Assembly: GCA_014360495.1 (NCBI GenBank)
Contig: JACIXR010000007.1
Span: 44,501-108,500, forward strand
DNA from: a bacterium
GTDB taxonomy: Bacteria; Armatimonadota; JACIXR01
DNA length: 64,000 nucleotides
Direction of reading: 5' to 3'
Position numbers and translations under genes: made by a program. The first letter of the stretch is position 1; each line of letters starts with the position of its first letter. Positions 12,174 through 23,184 of this stretch are shown in pieces. The notes below the pieces were generated by a model. That model was not told the DNA's origin, did not search any database, and was given only the letters and a program-made list of their open reading frames with translations.

Positions 12174-15100
12174 ATGAAAAAATCTTGCCATCTAATATAT
12201 CTTCTACTTTTGCCTATATTTTCCCTTTCCCAACCCCTTTTCACCATCCCCTTTACCTCCCAACCGCCAAAAATAGATGGCAAACTCTCTCTCAATGAAT
12301 GGCAGAATTCAGGCGCTGTAGGAATTCTTACCCCATTGGGCACAAAGAATCTCTCCCCTATCCCAACCATCTTTTACCTTTCTTACGATGACAGCAATAT
12401 CTACATCGCTTTCTCCTGCCAATCACCAAGTAAGCCTAAGGCTCTATTGAGGGAAAGGGATGGAAATGTCTGGGAAGATGACGCTGTGGAGGTTTTCCTC
12501 TCCCCCGCTTTCCCAAAATATTTACAGTTCATAGTGAACGCGGAAAACTGCATCTGGGATAGCGAGGGAAAGGATGGGAGATGGAATGGGGAATGGCAAC
12601 ACGCAGTGCAAATAACTGAAAACGGCTGGGAAGGCGAGATAGCGATTCCCTTCTCCACTCTCGGAGCATACCCCAAAGCAGGCGATAAATGGCGCTTCAA
12701 TCTGGCGAGAGATTTCTCCGAACCCAAAACAAACCCCCTCACCTTCTCGCCCTGCCAGTTCTCCTTACACGAACCCAATAATTTCGCGATACTGTCCTTT
12801 GGAACCGAAGCAGAGGCTATCCGCATCTACCCATTGGATTTGGGCAATCTTTTCCTTCCTCCATCTGCTCCAAGCTCCGGCAATATATCTATAAGAGGTG
12901 AGAGCTCGGAAAATCTTCAGCTATATGTGGCAGTTAAGAAGGACGGGGAAAGTAGAGATTTTGAATTGAGTTTATCCCCAAACAAGGAACGGGAAATCTT
13001 GTCTCTTCATTTAGAGCCGAAGGAAAGAGCTTCAATTCGGCTCATAGGGAAAAATCCTCAAGGTAAGGAGTTGGTAAATATGCAAATGGAAACCGAAAGA
13101 CCACCTCTTCTCAGTGTTTCCTTGACGAGGAGATTCCTCACCAAGGGCACTATAGAGGTCTCCCTCTCATCCGATGTCCTCGCCCAAGAGATGAGGAAAA
13201 TCATATCAACTCTTCTGAAAGAAGGGAGGGAAATCATACGAGAGGAATGGGTTGCGGAAAACGGAAAAGCGAAGGGGGAGATAAAGGTCGCCAATCTACC
13301 CGAAGGGGAATATATCCTCCAATTGAGAGCCTATGATGAAAAAGGGAATCTCATCGCCAGCCAAGAAGAAAAAATCGCAATCCCTCCGAAACCGTCCTGG
13401 CTTGGCTCCAAGGCGGGAAGGACAGACGAGGTCTTGCCCCCCTGGACGCCTATAAAGGTAAAGGGAGATGAAGCGGAAGTGTGGGGAAGGAAGTATAAGT
13501 TCTCTAAAACCGGTCTTCCTTCCTCCATCATCTCAAAAGGCAAAGAGCTCCTTTCCGAGCCCATCCAGTGGGAGATTGAAGCCGAGGGGATAAGGATAGA
13601 TTTAAAGGGGTCCAAATCGGTTGTAGAACAAAAACCCTCAGTTTATACCCAAATCTACTCCACGCCCACCTATTCCTGCAAAGCTACGCTTGAATACGAT
13701 GGAATGATTAGATTTGATGTCTCCTTCCATTCCCCTACTGGCGATTCTTTTATCCTGAAGAAGCTTCGCTTATTCATCCCCCTCAAAACCGCCTACGCTA
13801 AATACCTCCATTATTCTCCCGGTATGTGGGGGTCATCCTCAAATTCCTTTGGCATCAAGGGAGACTGGAATAGTCCGTTCCGCCCCCTCATATTCATCTC
13901 AGATGAGGAGAAAGGGCTCTGCTGGTTCACGGAAAGCGACGAGAATTTCCGTCTATCCCAGCCCGACAGGGTTATAGAGCTTAAGCGTCAAGCAGATAAA
14001 ACCTTTTTAATCATTAATATAGTGGATGTCCCAAGGGAAACCTCCTCCTATAATTTAACCTTCGGAATTCAGGCAACTCCCGTTCGCCCCGTTGCCGTTG
14101 CCTGGTGGCTGAGGGAAAGAATCTGCCACTGGGGATATTACGGAATGGAGAAAGCACCTGCCTCAGGTAGCCTGAGCATAACATATCCCGCAGAAGGGAA
14201 TATAAACCCCAAGCAAGGCTCAATTCAAGCCTGGTTGCGAATTGATTTTGATACCCAGGAAGAGGTAAAGGATGAAGCATCTCGGGGAAGTTACAACCGC
14301 AACTTCCTTGCCATCTATCTTCCCAACGGTGATACTGCCAGTCTCTACTGGAATATAGATGATAGGGGGATGCGATTCTTTGTCTACGACGCATCTCAGA
14401 AAAGCTATCCGATAATCCTCGGAGCGCCAGCGAAGCTAGATAAGGGTTGGCATCACATAGCTCTGAGTTGGGGCGATAAGATAAAAATTTTCGTTGATGG
14501 AGTTGAGACAGCGGAGCGAGAATTCTCGGGACTTTTCGGCAAGGATGTCAGCTTGGATGAAGCGAAGGTAGTCATTGGTGGAGGAAGGTGCGAGATGGCG
14601 ATTTCCCAATTTGCCATTTACAATAAACCCATAGAGAGCGTTTCTCCCGCAAATCCATTGCCAATCCAAAATGCCCTCCTTTGGGACAGCTACGATAAGC
14701 TCGTCCCCGGCGAGGGCAAGACATTCCCCGCCATCGGAAAGCCGGGAACGATAAACGCGACAATAAATTTAGAAGATAGCCCCTATGGGAAAGCCCTCTG
14801 CCTTTGGAGGAAGGATTTGCAAGGCAAATTGATGCTTGATGTTGCGAGGGAAATGGGAACAAGGACAATAGTTTTCCACGAGCATTGGACTGACATCCAG
14901 AATTACACGGAAACAACCCATTCCGAGGAGCTTCGCTCTTTAGTTGATGCGCTCCATAAGCGAGGGATGAGGCTCGCAGTCTATTTCGGCTATGAGATGG
15001 CGGACATCGCTCCTGAGTACCCTTTCTACAGCCAGGAATGCCTTCGCTGGCGTCCTGGGCAGTGGTACTACACCCGCCAACCAGAACAGAAGGATTACGG

Positions 15101-15965
15101 TGTCTGCTACAACAGTCCCTGGGCTGATTTCCTCGCCGATGGTATGGAGAAAGTACTTAAGAAATATGATATTGATGGCGTCTATCTTGATGGAACAGCA
15201 GTCCCGATGGGATGCGATAACACTCTCCATGGCTGTGGCTACTATGATGAGAAAGGAAATCTACATCCGACATTCCCAATCTTCGCCGTTAGAGATTTGA
15301 TGAAGCGAATCTATACAATCTGCTATAAACATCGCCCCAATGAACCATTCGTCAATGTCCACAATTCAACATACCTTGGTCCGCCGACCCTCGCCTTCGC
15401 CACCTCCTATTGGGATGGGGAACAGTTCGCAGGGGCTCAAAGAGACAACAAACATCCCCTTGAGCTTCTCCCTCTTGATTCATTCCGCTGCGAGTTTATG
15501 GGACACAATATAGGAGTTACCGCAGATTTCCTGGTATACGAGGGCAATCCCTTCACTTATCAAGAGGGACTCGCTATCGCTTTGATTCACGATGTATTTC
15601 CCCGCCCACCAGGATTGGGAAGCGAGGGATTCGAGCTTGCGAGCAAGATATGGAAAGCTTTTGAGAAGTTCGGGGCGACGGAATCCGAATGGATTCCCTA
15701 TTGGAAAGAGGATAGACCCGTTAAGACGAACAGCGAAGAGATATATGCGAGCACATACTTGAAGAAGGGGAAGGGAGCGATAATCGTCGTATCAAATTTG
15801 GGGAAGAAGACCCTACAAGCAGAGTTGAAATTGGATGAGAAGAGGCTCGGATTCCGCCCAAAGATAGGAGAAGAGATAATCACGGGAAACAAAATGGATA
15901 TCAAGGAAAATTCCCTCATCTTATCGCTCCCACCCTTCCGAGTGAGGGTAATATCTTTGAAGTGA
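12174..15965 (+). CDS. Giant secreted multidomain protein: CBM9/DOMON-like N-terminal domain, LamG/ConA-like domain, C-terminal glycoside-hydrolase-like TIM-barrel region
   Basis: 1263 aa from ATG 12174 (RBS AGGAGAGTG); the ORF track start 11997 is an upstream in-frame extension. Signal peptide MKKSCHLIYLLLLPIFS. CBM9-like DGKLSLNEWQNSGA...NIYIAFSC...WEDDAVEVFLSP. LamG-like ...WHHIALSWGDKIKIFVDGVE. C-terminal DIDGVYLDG region. Confidence 0.6.
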   Translation: MKKSCHLIYLLLLPIFSLSQPLFTIPFTSQPPKIDGKLSLNEWQNSGAVGILTPLGTKNLSPIPTIFYLSYDDSNIYIAFSCQSPSKPKALLRERDGNVWEDDAVEVFLSPAFPKYLQFIVNAENCIWDSEGKDGRWNGEWQHAVQITENGWEGEIAIPFSTLGAYPKAGDKWRFNLARDFSEPKTNPLTFSPCQFSLHEPNNFAILSFGTEAEAIRIYPLDLGNLFLPPSAPSSGNISIRGESSENLQLYVAVKKDGESRDFELSLSPNKEREILSLHLEPKERASIRLIGKNPQGKELVNMQMETERPPLLSVSLTRRFLTKGTIEVSLSSDVLAQEMRKIISTLLKEGREIIREEWVAENGKAKGEIKVANLPEGEYILQLRAYDEKGNLIASQEEKIAIPPKPSWLGSKAGRTDEVLPPWTPIKVKGDEAEVWGRKYKFSKTGLPSSIISKGKELLSEPIQWEIEAEGIRIDLKGSKSVVEQKPSVYTQIYSTPTYSCKATLEYDGMIRFDVSFHSPTGDSFILKKLRLFIPLKTAYAKYLHYSPGMWGSSSNSFGIKGDWNSPFRPLIFISDEEKGLCWFTESDENFRLSQPDRVIELKRQADKTFLIINIVDVPRETSSYNLTFGIQATPVRPVAVAWWLRERICHWGYYGMEKAPASGSLSITYPAEGNINPKQGSIQAWLRIDFDTQEEVKDEASRGSYNRNFLAIYLPNGDTASLYWNIDDRGMRFFVYDASQKSYPIILGAPAKLDKGWHHIALSWGDKIKIFVDGVETAEREFSGLFGKDVSLDEAKVVIGGGRCEMAISQFAIYNKPIESVSPANPLPIQNALLWDSYDKLVPGEGKTFPAIGKPGTINATINLEDSPYGKALCLWRKDLQGKLMLDVAREMGTRTIVFHEHWTDIQNYTETTHSEELRSLVDALHKRGMRLAVYFGYEMADIAPEYPFYSQECLRWRPGQWYYTRQPEQKDYGVCYNSPWADFLADGMEKVLKKYDIDGVYLDGTAVPMGCDNTLHGCGYYDEKGNLHPTFPIFAVRDLMKRIYTICYKHRPNEPFVNVHNSTYLGPPTLAFATSYWDGEQFAGAQRDNKHPLELLPLDSFRCEFMGHNIGVTADFLVYEGNPFTYQEGLAIALIHDVFPRPPGLGSEGFELASKIWKAFEKFGATESEWIPYWKEDRPVKTNSEEIYASTYLKKGKGAIIVVSNLGKKTLQAELKLDEKRLGFRPKIGEEIITGNKMDIKENSLILSLPPFRVRVISLK

Positions 15966-16013
15966 GGAATATGTAATAAAAATATTCTCATTCACCGGAA
16001 TTTTGACGAAGGA

Positions 16014-16349
16014 ATGGTAAGCGTAACAAAAGATTGCTCGGGAAAAAGACAGACAATCTACGCGGATGAAATAACCGATGAATTGAATGCAAGGCACTTC
16101 CTTCGGCTCGAAATTCACTCTAATAAGGGAACTGCCCTCTCAAAGAGCTCGTTCAGAATGTTTGTAGGCAAAAGCGAGGAAAACAATCCACGGGTTCATT
16201 TAGAACCTCAAAAGACCGCAGAGGATATAGAATACGAGAAGCAATTAAATTTCTCCCTTAGTCTAAAGAGGGATATTTGGGGAGGGGAAGTGGAGGAAAC
16301 CCTGAGTAGCTACATTGATTTGTATCAGTCTGCTGAGGGTAAATCTTAA
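16014..16349 (+). CDS. Hypothetical small protein
   Basis: 111-aa ORF with AAGGA RBS; stop lies 2 nt before the start of the downstream UroD-family gene. No recognisable motif. Confidence 0.3.
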   Translation: MVSVTKDCSGKRQTIYADEITDELNARHFLRLEIHSNKGTALSKSSFRMFVGKSEENNPRVHLEPQKTAEDIEYEKQLNFSLSLKRDIWGGEVEETLSSYIDLYQSAEGKS

Positions 16350-16351
16350 AT

Positions 16352-17482
16352 ATGACACCAAGGGAAAGATATAGGAGAACGCTTCTTTTCCAACAAGTTG
16401 ACAGGGTTCCCTTTCAGCCGGGCGGTCCAAGGGAATCAACCCTTAAAAGATGGCAGGAAGAAGGCTTGCCGAAGGATAGAAACTGGTTTGAATACCTCTG
16501 CGAGATATTGGGATTGGAGATTGAAAAAGCGAAAACCCCTTATGTGAGCCTGAGGATTTCCTTCGACCCCTGCCCTCCCTTTGAGGAGAAAATCATTGAA
16601 AGAAGGGGAAACCATCTGATAGTTCAGGATTACAAAGGGGCTATAGTGGAGATAGAGGATAAATACGATTTCTCTTATTTGAGATACGCTAAGGATTTTG
16701 TGACGAGGAAGTGGCATAAATTTCCCGTTGAGAAAGAAGAGGATTGGGATGAGATGAAGAAGAGGTTCAATCCCGATAGTCCGGAGAGGCTTGATGAGGA
16801 ATTGGAAGAGAAAGCGAAGATTTTGAGAGATAGAGACTGGGTTCTGACGATTAACATCCCTGGACCATTCTGGCAGATGAGGGATTGGTGTGGATTGGAG
16901 AACCTCTGCATATTTATGATTGAGAAGCCCAAATTCGTTCACGAGATGAGCGAGTTCTGGCGCAATTTCGTCTCAACTATCTTGAAGAGATATGTTGAGA
17001 AAATCCAGTTTGATTCGGTTATCATAAGCGAGGATATGGCGTATAAGGGAAAATCCATGATTTCCCCTCAAATGGTTAGGGAATTCTTATCTCCCTGCTG
17101 GCGGGAATGGAGCGAGATATTGCGGAAAAGCGGATGTGACATAATCATCCTGGATTCCGATGGCTATATCGCCGAGCTAATCCCTATTTGGATAGAAAAC
17201 GGGATAAATTGCACAATCCCCCTTGAGATAGCCGCGGGAAATGACCCCGTTGAGTTTAGAAAGAGATTTGGCAAGGGCATATCTTATATCGGAGGAATAG
17301 ATAAGAGAAAAATCGCAAAAGGAGGCAAGGATTTAAAAAAAGAGATGGAGAGGATAATACCATTTATGCTTAAGGATGGCGGCTATATCCCCTCCTGCGA
17401 CCATGGAGTGCCTCCCGATATATCCTGGCACACCTTCCTTGAATATTCCTATCTCCTCGCGAAATACACGGGCTGGCTCTGA
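16352..17482 (+). CDS. Uroporphyrinogen decarboxylase (URO-D)-family protein, non-canonical (possible methyltransferase-type member)
   Basis: 376 aa. N-terminal RERYRRTLLFQQVDRVPF resembles the URO-D family start, but the canonical HemE motif is not seen. Confidence 0.6.
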   Translation: MTPRERYRRTLLFQQVDRVPFQPGGPRESTLKRWQEEGLPKDRNWFEYLCEILGLEIEKAKTPYVSLRISFDPCPPFEEKIIERRGNHLIVQDYKGAIVEIEDKYDFSYLRYAKDFVTRKWHKFPVEKEEDWDEMKKRFNPDSPERLDEELEEKAKILRDRDWVLTINIPGPFWQMRDWCGLENLCIFMIEKPKFVHEMSEFWRNFVSTILKRYVEKIQFDSVIISEDMAYKGKSMISPQMVREFLSPCWREWSEILRKSGCDIIILDSDGYIAELIPIWIENGINCTIPLEIAAGNDPVEFRKRFGKGISYIGGIDKRKIAKGGKDLKKEMERIIPFMLKDGGYIPSCDHGVPPDISWHTFLEYSYLLAKYTGWL

Positions 17483-17490
17483 GGCGATTC

Positions 17491-20400
17491 CTACTTCAAT
17501 CTATAGGCGAAAACTTCACATCCGCAAGCGAGAATCGCCTCGTCTCCCTCCCAATTCAATGGATAACTCCTCAACACCTTCCCCTCCTCATCTATTTCCT
17601 CAACGCTTTCCGCCCTCTTCACTTGCCAGGGAAGGGCGTTCCAATTGATTCTCACATTGAATTGCTGACTATCGGGAAGGGGCACGAGGAGAAGTGCATC
17701 TCCTTCCTTCGTCAATCTGAAAGCCCCATTCGTCCTTATACCCTGAAAATCTATCATCTTGCCTTGCGGGTTCAATCTCGCCAAAACGGGGTCCTCTTTC
17801 TCCTCCAATGGCGCCCAGCTTATAGAAGTTATCTCGCTCCCGCTTCCCTCCAGCTTTATCTTACCAAGCCTTATTCGCCTCGTTCCATCATCAAATCCCT
17901 CCAAACTCGCCCTCTCTCCCGTCTTTGGATCCCACATCCCTACCCTAATCTCGAACTCCTCGCCAGCCTTGAACTTCTCGGGAATGGAAAATCTCGCCGA
18001 GCTCCTAATCTTTCCCTCCCATTGGGTCGTGGGAATGGGAGGCTTATGGTCCGCTTGGAACATTATCTCGCCAGCTTTATCAACGAAATGAACGAAGATA
18101 TGCATATCTTTGGGCATCGGCTTTCCCGCCTCCCAAAGTAGCGTAAGCTCCGCCTCCCTATTTCCCACATATCTCAAAGATTCCAAGCTCACCTTCACCG
18201 GTGACCTCCCGCTGACTGGGCGGGCATTTACGAACAACATTGAGGGAGAACGAGACCAATCAACAATCACTCCCTCTTTCCTCTCAATTGCCATTTCCAC
18301 AACCCCACCTTCAACCGGCACCCTCGCATAAACCCCATATTCGGGTAGGATATGCCCCTCTACCTCCCAATCCTGCTTTCCCCTGTTAACCCATACCTCC
18401 CCTCCGTTGTTCCATCTGACGAATTGCCTGTGAATATCGCCATTTACAAATTGGACATCCTCAATATCTTTCAAGGCAAGAGCTCTCATTAAATCATGGA
18501 GAAGCCAATATTTGCGAACGACATCCCTTCCGAAGGGAGCAGGAACCATAGCGGGATGTCCAGTGAGGACTTCGGTAGCGATGTAATCGTCGCTATAGAT
18601 TCCGTGCAAGCGAGAATCAAGACCCGCTACATAGCGCCCCTCATAGCCTGCGCCGTGAAGAGCGAACCTGCTGTGATGCGCCATATCATACCAGGGAATT
18701 CTCTCCGCATCCCTGCATCGTATCGGCCAAACAGCCCAGCCATAATAGCCTGGCGGAGGTATATCAACCCTCAAATGATTCGTCTGTCCGCCATCAAGCC
18801 AACCAATCAACTGGTCGTGTCCGCTCTCGGAGATTTGGGGAGCGGAATCGCCGAGAAAATCCCTTATCCATGCGAAAGCCTTCCCCCATACCTCTTTTGT
18901 GTATAGCCTCGTATAGAACTTACCATCGTGAGTCCAATAATCATAAGGACAAATAGAGGACCAAACATCTATGAAATAGGCTGTGGGAGCGAAGCCCTCC
19001 TTTATGAGCTTGAGATTCCTCTCCAAGAAGGGGAAAACCTGGTCCGCTCGCCAGCGATAGGATTGCGCCTTTCTCCCTTCATTGAACCAAGCAGGAACGG
19101 GATTGCCCTCGTGGGTGAAAGCTATCTTCTTATAGGAAAAACCCTCCGCATCGGGGTAGAAGTCAATGTAATTATCGTGAGGAGCGAAGAGAACACCATG
19201 GCTCTTACAGGTATCCACGAGATAGAGGAAATCTTCAAAGGTGCCTAAATTGGGATTGGGTGGATAGATATCGGGGAGGCGATAATCATATCCCCACCTC
19301 TGCCAATTGTGCCAGACGACGATTGAATCAGTCAATCCGTAGCGGAAAGCTCTCTTCAAAGCTTCAGCGCTATCCCTATACATCCCTCCCCATAAATCAA
19401 AGACAAAGCGTCCAGCGAGCTTGTTAACTCCTTCCGCAGGTTTCAATCCGTTTATCTCCCGCCAGAGTTTCGCTCCCCGCCAGGCGGTTTCCGCGGGGAT
19501 GAGAGAAATGACTTGATTATGGGGAGTGTGGAGGGTATAGACCTTTCGCTCTGGTGAAACTTCAAGATTGCTCGGGACCGCATCTACCCCCTCAACCAAA
19601 GATAGACCGTTTTTGAAATCTAAGCCGACGAATGAAGTTGATAGCTGATGCCCATCAAACCATAGATTGAAAGCCTTAGGCTCGACGATGACATTTCCTA
19701 CTCCAGCATAGATTTTCTCCGCCTCCTCGCTCCATTCCCCAAGGGAGATATCCTCAATGTAAACCACGAGCCAGGGGCGTGCGGAAGGCACATTCTCAAG
19801 CCAGAACTTAACCCGTAGGGCTCCATTCTCCATCCAGATATCCGTTAATAGGTCGTAATCCCCCAGCCAATTGGAGAATGAATGCCTATAAATCAAATGC
19901 CCATCCTTCTGAGTTTTCTTTACCCCTTTAAACGAACTCGCCGAGCGCCAATCGCTAACATCATCTCCTAAGACCCTTACCCTAAACCCATTGAATAAAA
20001 GGCTCTTGGAATCGCTTATGAAACCGATGACGGAGTCAAGGATTCCCTTCTTCCCCTCCCAAATCCTCACCTCATAACCTCTTCCACCTATCTCAATACT
20101 TCCCAACTTAAGATATTTAGCATCAAGGGGTGGAGGGAAAACAGCCCTTTGTGGCGGTGTGCCAACCAATAAAGTTGGCTCAGCCCAATAAGAATCGTCG
20201 CAGGTAGTATCCTTTTTCGGTCCGGGATGGGATTCCAGCTGAAGGCGAATCGCCTCTCCAGCGTATTCGCTCAAATCCACCTCTCCTTCATCCCAAACCT
20301 TCGCCGATGTATGTCTCTCATAGACAATCTTGCCCTCCTCTCCATCCGGTGCGGAGAAGGGAAGGACCCTGACCCTGAATGTTACCCCGTCGCTTGGAGG

Positions 20401-21168
20401 CTCAGTGGGGAGGTTATCCCTTATCGCATTTGCGAAGCGGAGAACAATCGGCTTGCCTTTAGGCAATTTGATGGGAAACTCAATCATTATAGTCCCGGCG
20501 AGATTATTGAACCAAGGCGGATGCATCCCAATTACTTCCCTTTCATCTCCCCTTCTCACACGCTCCCTAACTCTACAGCTCGCCCTCGTCCTTGGGTCGG
20601 TTCCTGCCATCCCAACAGGGGAAATCTGGGGTTTCTCCCCGAACACCCTCAAAATCACCCTGTAAACGGGAAGACGCCAAAGGGCGAGAGCGCTATCTCT
20701 CTTCACCTCAAATGGTTTCCAGGGAATATTTATTTTCGGTTTTGGCGGATTGGGGATATTAGTCCTCAATATGAGGATTGGATGCGCCTCATATTCTCTC
20801 CCCTCTACTTTAAAACGAACAAATGCGTGCACGGGATAATGAGCATTGTAGGTTTGGGGGGAAGGCGCGATTTTGAATTCAAGTTTAGCATTGCCCTTGG
20901 AAGATACACTGAAGGAAGCCCTTTTAGGCTCCGCCTTCCAATCATCTATCAATCCAATCTCCACATCCCCTTTTATCTCGTTCTCCCCTTTGTTCTCCAA
21001 TACAACAGAGACCGAAAAGGGTTTCTCAATAGTCGTCAGCTCGGATGGACCTTCAATCCTTGCCGTTATTGGACCCGCTGTATCAATCGGTGGGTCAAAA
21101 GCGGCAGCTTGCACAGCTAAAAGTAGCAAGCTTAAAAATGCAAATAAATAAACCTGCATTCCTATCAC
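17491..21168 (-). CDS. Giant secreted glycoside-hydrolase-like multidomain protein
   Basis: 1225 aa. Signal peptide MIGMQVYLFAFLSLLLLAVQAAA. Central TIM-barrel-like region rich in aromatics (WHNWQRWGYDY...FAPHDNYIDFYPD...YFIDVW). Confidence 0.5.
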   Translation of the reverse strand: MIGMQVYLFAFLSLLLLAVQAAAFDPPIDTAGPITARIEGPSELTTIEKPFSVSVVLENKGENEIKGDVEIGLIDDWKAEPKRASFSVSSKGNAKLEFKIAPSPQTYNAHYPVHAFVRFKVEGREYEAHPILILRTNIPNPPKPKINIPWKPFEVKRDSALALWRLPVYRVILRVFGEKPQISPVGMAGTDPRTRASCRVRERVRRGDEREVIGMHPPWFNNLAGTIMIEFPIKLPKGKPIVLRFANAIRDNLPTEPPSDGVTFRVRVLPFSAPDGEEGKIVYERHTSAKVWDEGEVDLSEYAGEAIRLQLESHPGPKKDTTCDDSYWAEPTLLVGTPPQRAVFPPPLDAKYLKLGSIEIGGRGYEVRIWEGKKGILDSVIGFISDSKSLLFNGFRVRVLGDDVSDWRSASSFKGVKKTQKDGHLIYRHSFSNWLGDYDLLTDIWMENGALRVKFWLENVPSARPWLVVYIEDISLGEWSEEAEKIYAGVGNVIVEPKAFNLWFDGHQLSTSFVGLDFKNGLSLVEGVDAVPSNLEVSPERKVYTLHTPHNQVISLIPAETAWRGAKLWREINGLKPAEGVNKLAGRFVFDLWGGMYRDSAEALKRAFRYGLTDSIVVWHNWQRWGYDYRLPDIYPPNPNLGTFEDFLYLVDTCKSHGVLFAPHDNYIDFYPDAEGFSYKKIAFTHEGNPVPAWFNEGRKAQSYRWRADQVFPFLERNLKLIKEGFAPTAYFIDVWSSICPYDYWTHDGKFYTRLYTKEVWGKAFAWIRDFLGDSAPQISESGHDQLIGWLDGGQTNHLRVDIPPPGYYGWAVWPIRCRDAERIPWYDMAHHSRFALHGAGYEGRYVAGLDSRLHGIYSDDYIATEVLTGHPAMVPAPFGRDVVRKYWLLHDLMRALALKDIEDVQFVNGDIHRQFVRWNNGGEVWVNRGKQDWEVEGHILPEYGVYARVPVEGGVVEMAIERKEGVIVDWSRSPSMLFVNARPVSGRSPVKVSLESLRYVGNREAELTLLWEAGKPMPKDMHIFVHFVDKAGEIMFQADHKPPIPTTQWEGKIRSSARFSIPEKFKAGEEFEIRVGMWDPKTGERASLEGFDDGTRRIRLGKIKLEGSGSEITSISWAPLEEKEDPVLARLNPQGKMIDFQGIRTNGAFRLTKEGDALLLVPLPDSQQFNVRINWNALPWQVKRAESVEEIDEEGKVLRSYPLNWEGDEAILACGCEVFAYRLK

Positions 21169-21207
21169 CTCTCTATCTCAATATTATAATCAATAAAGGA
21201 TATAACG

Positions 21208-23181
21208 CTATCCTTTTTTGAACTTCTCTCGCGCTTTCTCATAGCCTCCGGAATAGAGATATCTATGCCCCTCAAATAAAGCCTCAATTTCCCAAAATTC
21301 GTTTTGGGGATACCACCAGTGGTCGCCCTCAAAGGGTATCCTTATGTCCCTTATCGCCATCTCCTCGCCGTATCCCCATAATCTCAGCTCCATCTTCTCG
21401 CTCTTTAGGTTTAGCAGGGATACTTGTTGGCTTTTTGGATTCTCCCCATCAAAGTAAATCTCATCAGAACTCATTTTTCCGTTCTCCGTTTCCACAATCA
21501 CCTTATACCACCCGCTCTTGTCCATGGGATAATCAGCCTGGAAGTGAAAGGCTCTCACTGGATTGGGATGCCATACCCATCCCTCTTGATATTCGCCATC
21601 CATTTCCATGACGGGAAGCTTGCCAGAGGGAGTAAAATTTCCCCCTTCAGGACTGAATTCCCTCAAGATTTCCCCATCCCGCATAAGCAGAACCCTCTTC
21701 AATTTCCCAAGAGATGTGGTTATTATGATATGGGCATAGAATTGAGGACGGAGCTCACAAAGGCGGGTGAAATTTCCAATTTCCATGGCTATCAAGCTCG
21801 CTCTTGGATTTTGAGAGTTTGGCTTTGAGAAATAAATTGGGCTTGTTATCGCCCAATTCCCCCTTTCATCCTCAACCCTCGCGATATACCAAGCGCTTTC
21901 CCCTTCCTCAATATCAAAAATAAATGACGTCGTGTATTGAGAATATGATACGAATTCCGCCTCCTTTAAGAGGTCAGCGTAAATTCTCCCCTTCCTGATT
22001 ATCTCAACTGACTTCAAGGGATGAAGATGATGGATTTCCAACTTGCCTCTGTATTTATACTTCGCGCCGATTTCTATGACCTCGCCAACCTCTTTGCCCT
22101 CAATATTTAAGAAAGGGAAAATGGGACCGCCATTTGTTGCAAAGGTTCTCCCTTCGCGAATAGCATCAACAATTGATTTGTAATCCAACTTCCCTGCCTT
22201 AGCGTAAACCCTTCTCGCCCCCGGCGGTATTGTCTCTTTCCTCAAAAGGACCGCATCGGTGGAACCGCTGACCGCGACTTTATTCCCGAGATTCAGTATG
22301 GCGAACCAAATCAATTCCTCCGCTCTATTTGATATATCAAATGCATCGGCGCACTTGCCCAGAATCGCATCGCAAAGGCTCTCCGTTGCCCCCATCCAGT
22401 GAAGACGAGGAAGGGGCGATGTATGGGTGTAAATCACCGCTCCTCCAAGCTTGTGAACGATTTCGCAGAGATATTGAAAGGGAAGCACCGTTCGCCTCAT
22501 CTTGCTTAACTCCTCATTGGGGATGGGGTTCTCTATCCCTGGAGTGTTGGCGTGTCCGGTGAAGACGCCGGTGTGAATCTCGCTTGCGGAACGGAAAAGG
22601 AAATCTGCCCTGCTCAACTCCTCCTCAAATCCCCATTTCCCATCGGATTCCGTGATGTAATCCAAGCCCTCTGCCCTCGCTTGGAGGGCGGTGTAATGCT
22701 CGTCCACTTTTATATCTCCTGTAGGGTCGTGCCTAGTGTGAAGATGATTGTCCCCACAATACCATCCTTCTCTCTCGGGCGAAAACCATTTTTTCAGCTT
22801 AGCGCGAATCAGAATCTTCTCTCCTGCTTTAACGGATATCTTCATATCCAAGGGTAGATAATTTGGACCGCAGTAGATGTTTATTTCCGTTTCTCCCGGC
22901 GGTGATTCCAGGCTGAACTTCCCCTCAACATAAAATCTTCCATCCGAATAGAGCCCTCTTCCCACAACATCTATCTTTTTCCCATCGCTCGCCGTCGCTA
23001 TAACCCTTGCGGGAAGGGGAAAAAGCTTTTCTGTATCCAAAATCTCCACTTCTATTAACCCCTTATCCATCTTTTCAAATCCCTCTTTCCCCAGAACTTG
23101 AAATTCGCTTTTGGATGCTGAAACATCACCCATCCCCTTGAACTCAATAGAGAAGGCGAAAAAGAGGAAAATCAAGAACAT
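21208..23181 (-). CDS. CehA/McbA-like metallohydrolase (PHP-like domain), secreted
   Basis: 657 aa. Hydrophobic N-terminus; WYCGDNHLHTRHDPTGD metal-binding-like motif. Confidence 0.45.
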   Translation of the reverse strand: MFLIFLFFAFSIEFKGMGDVSASKSEFQVLGKEGFEKMDKGLIEVEILDTEKLFPLPARVIATASDGKKIDVVGRGLYSDGRFYVEGKFSLESPPGETEINIYCGPNYLPLDMKISVKAGEKILIRAKLKKWFSPEREGWYCGDNHLHTRHDPTGDIKVDEHYTALQARAEGLDYITESDGKWGFEEELSRADFLFRSASEIHTGVFTGHANTPGIENPIPNEELSKMRRTVLPFQYLCEIVHKLGGAVIYTHTSPLPRLHWMGATESLCDAILGKCADAFDISNRAEELIWFAILNLGNKVAVSGSTDAVLLRKETIPPGARRVYAKAGKLDYKSIVDAIREGRTFATNGGPIFPFLNIEGKEVGEVIEIGAKYKYRGKLEIHHLHPLKSVEIIRKGRIYADLLKEAEFVSYSQYTTSFIFDIEEGESAWYIARVEDERGNWAITSPIYFSKPNSQNPRASLIAMEIGNFTRLCELRPQFYAHIIITTSLGKLKRVLLMRDGEILREFSPEGGNFTPSGKLPVMEMDGEYQEGWVWHPNPVRAFHFQADYPMDKSGWYKVIVETENGKMSSDEIYFDGENPKSQQVSLLNLKSEKMELRLWGYGEEMAIRDIRIPFEGDHWWYPQNEFWEIEALFEGHRYLYSGGYEKAREKFKKG

Positions 23182-23184
23182 CGC

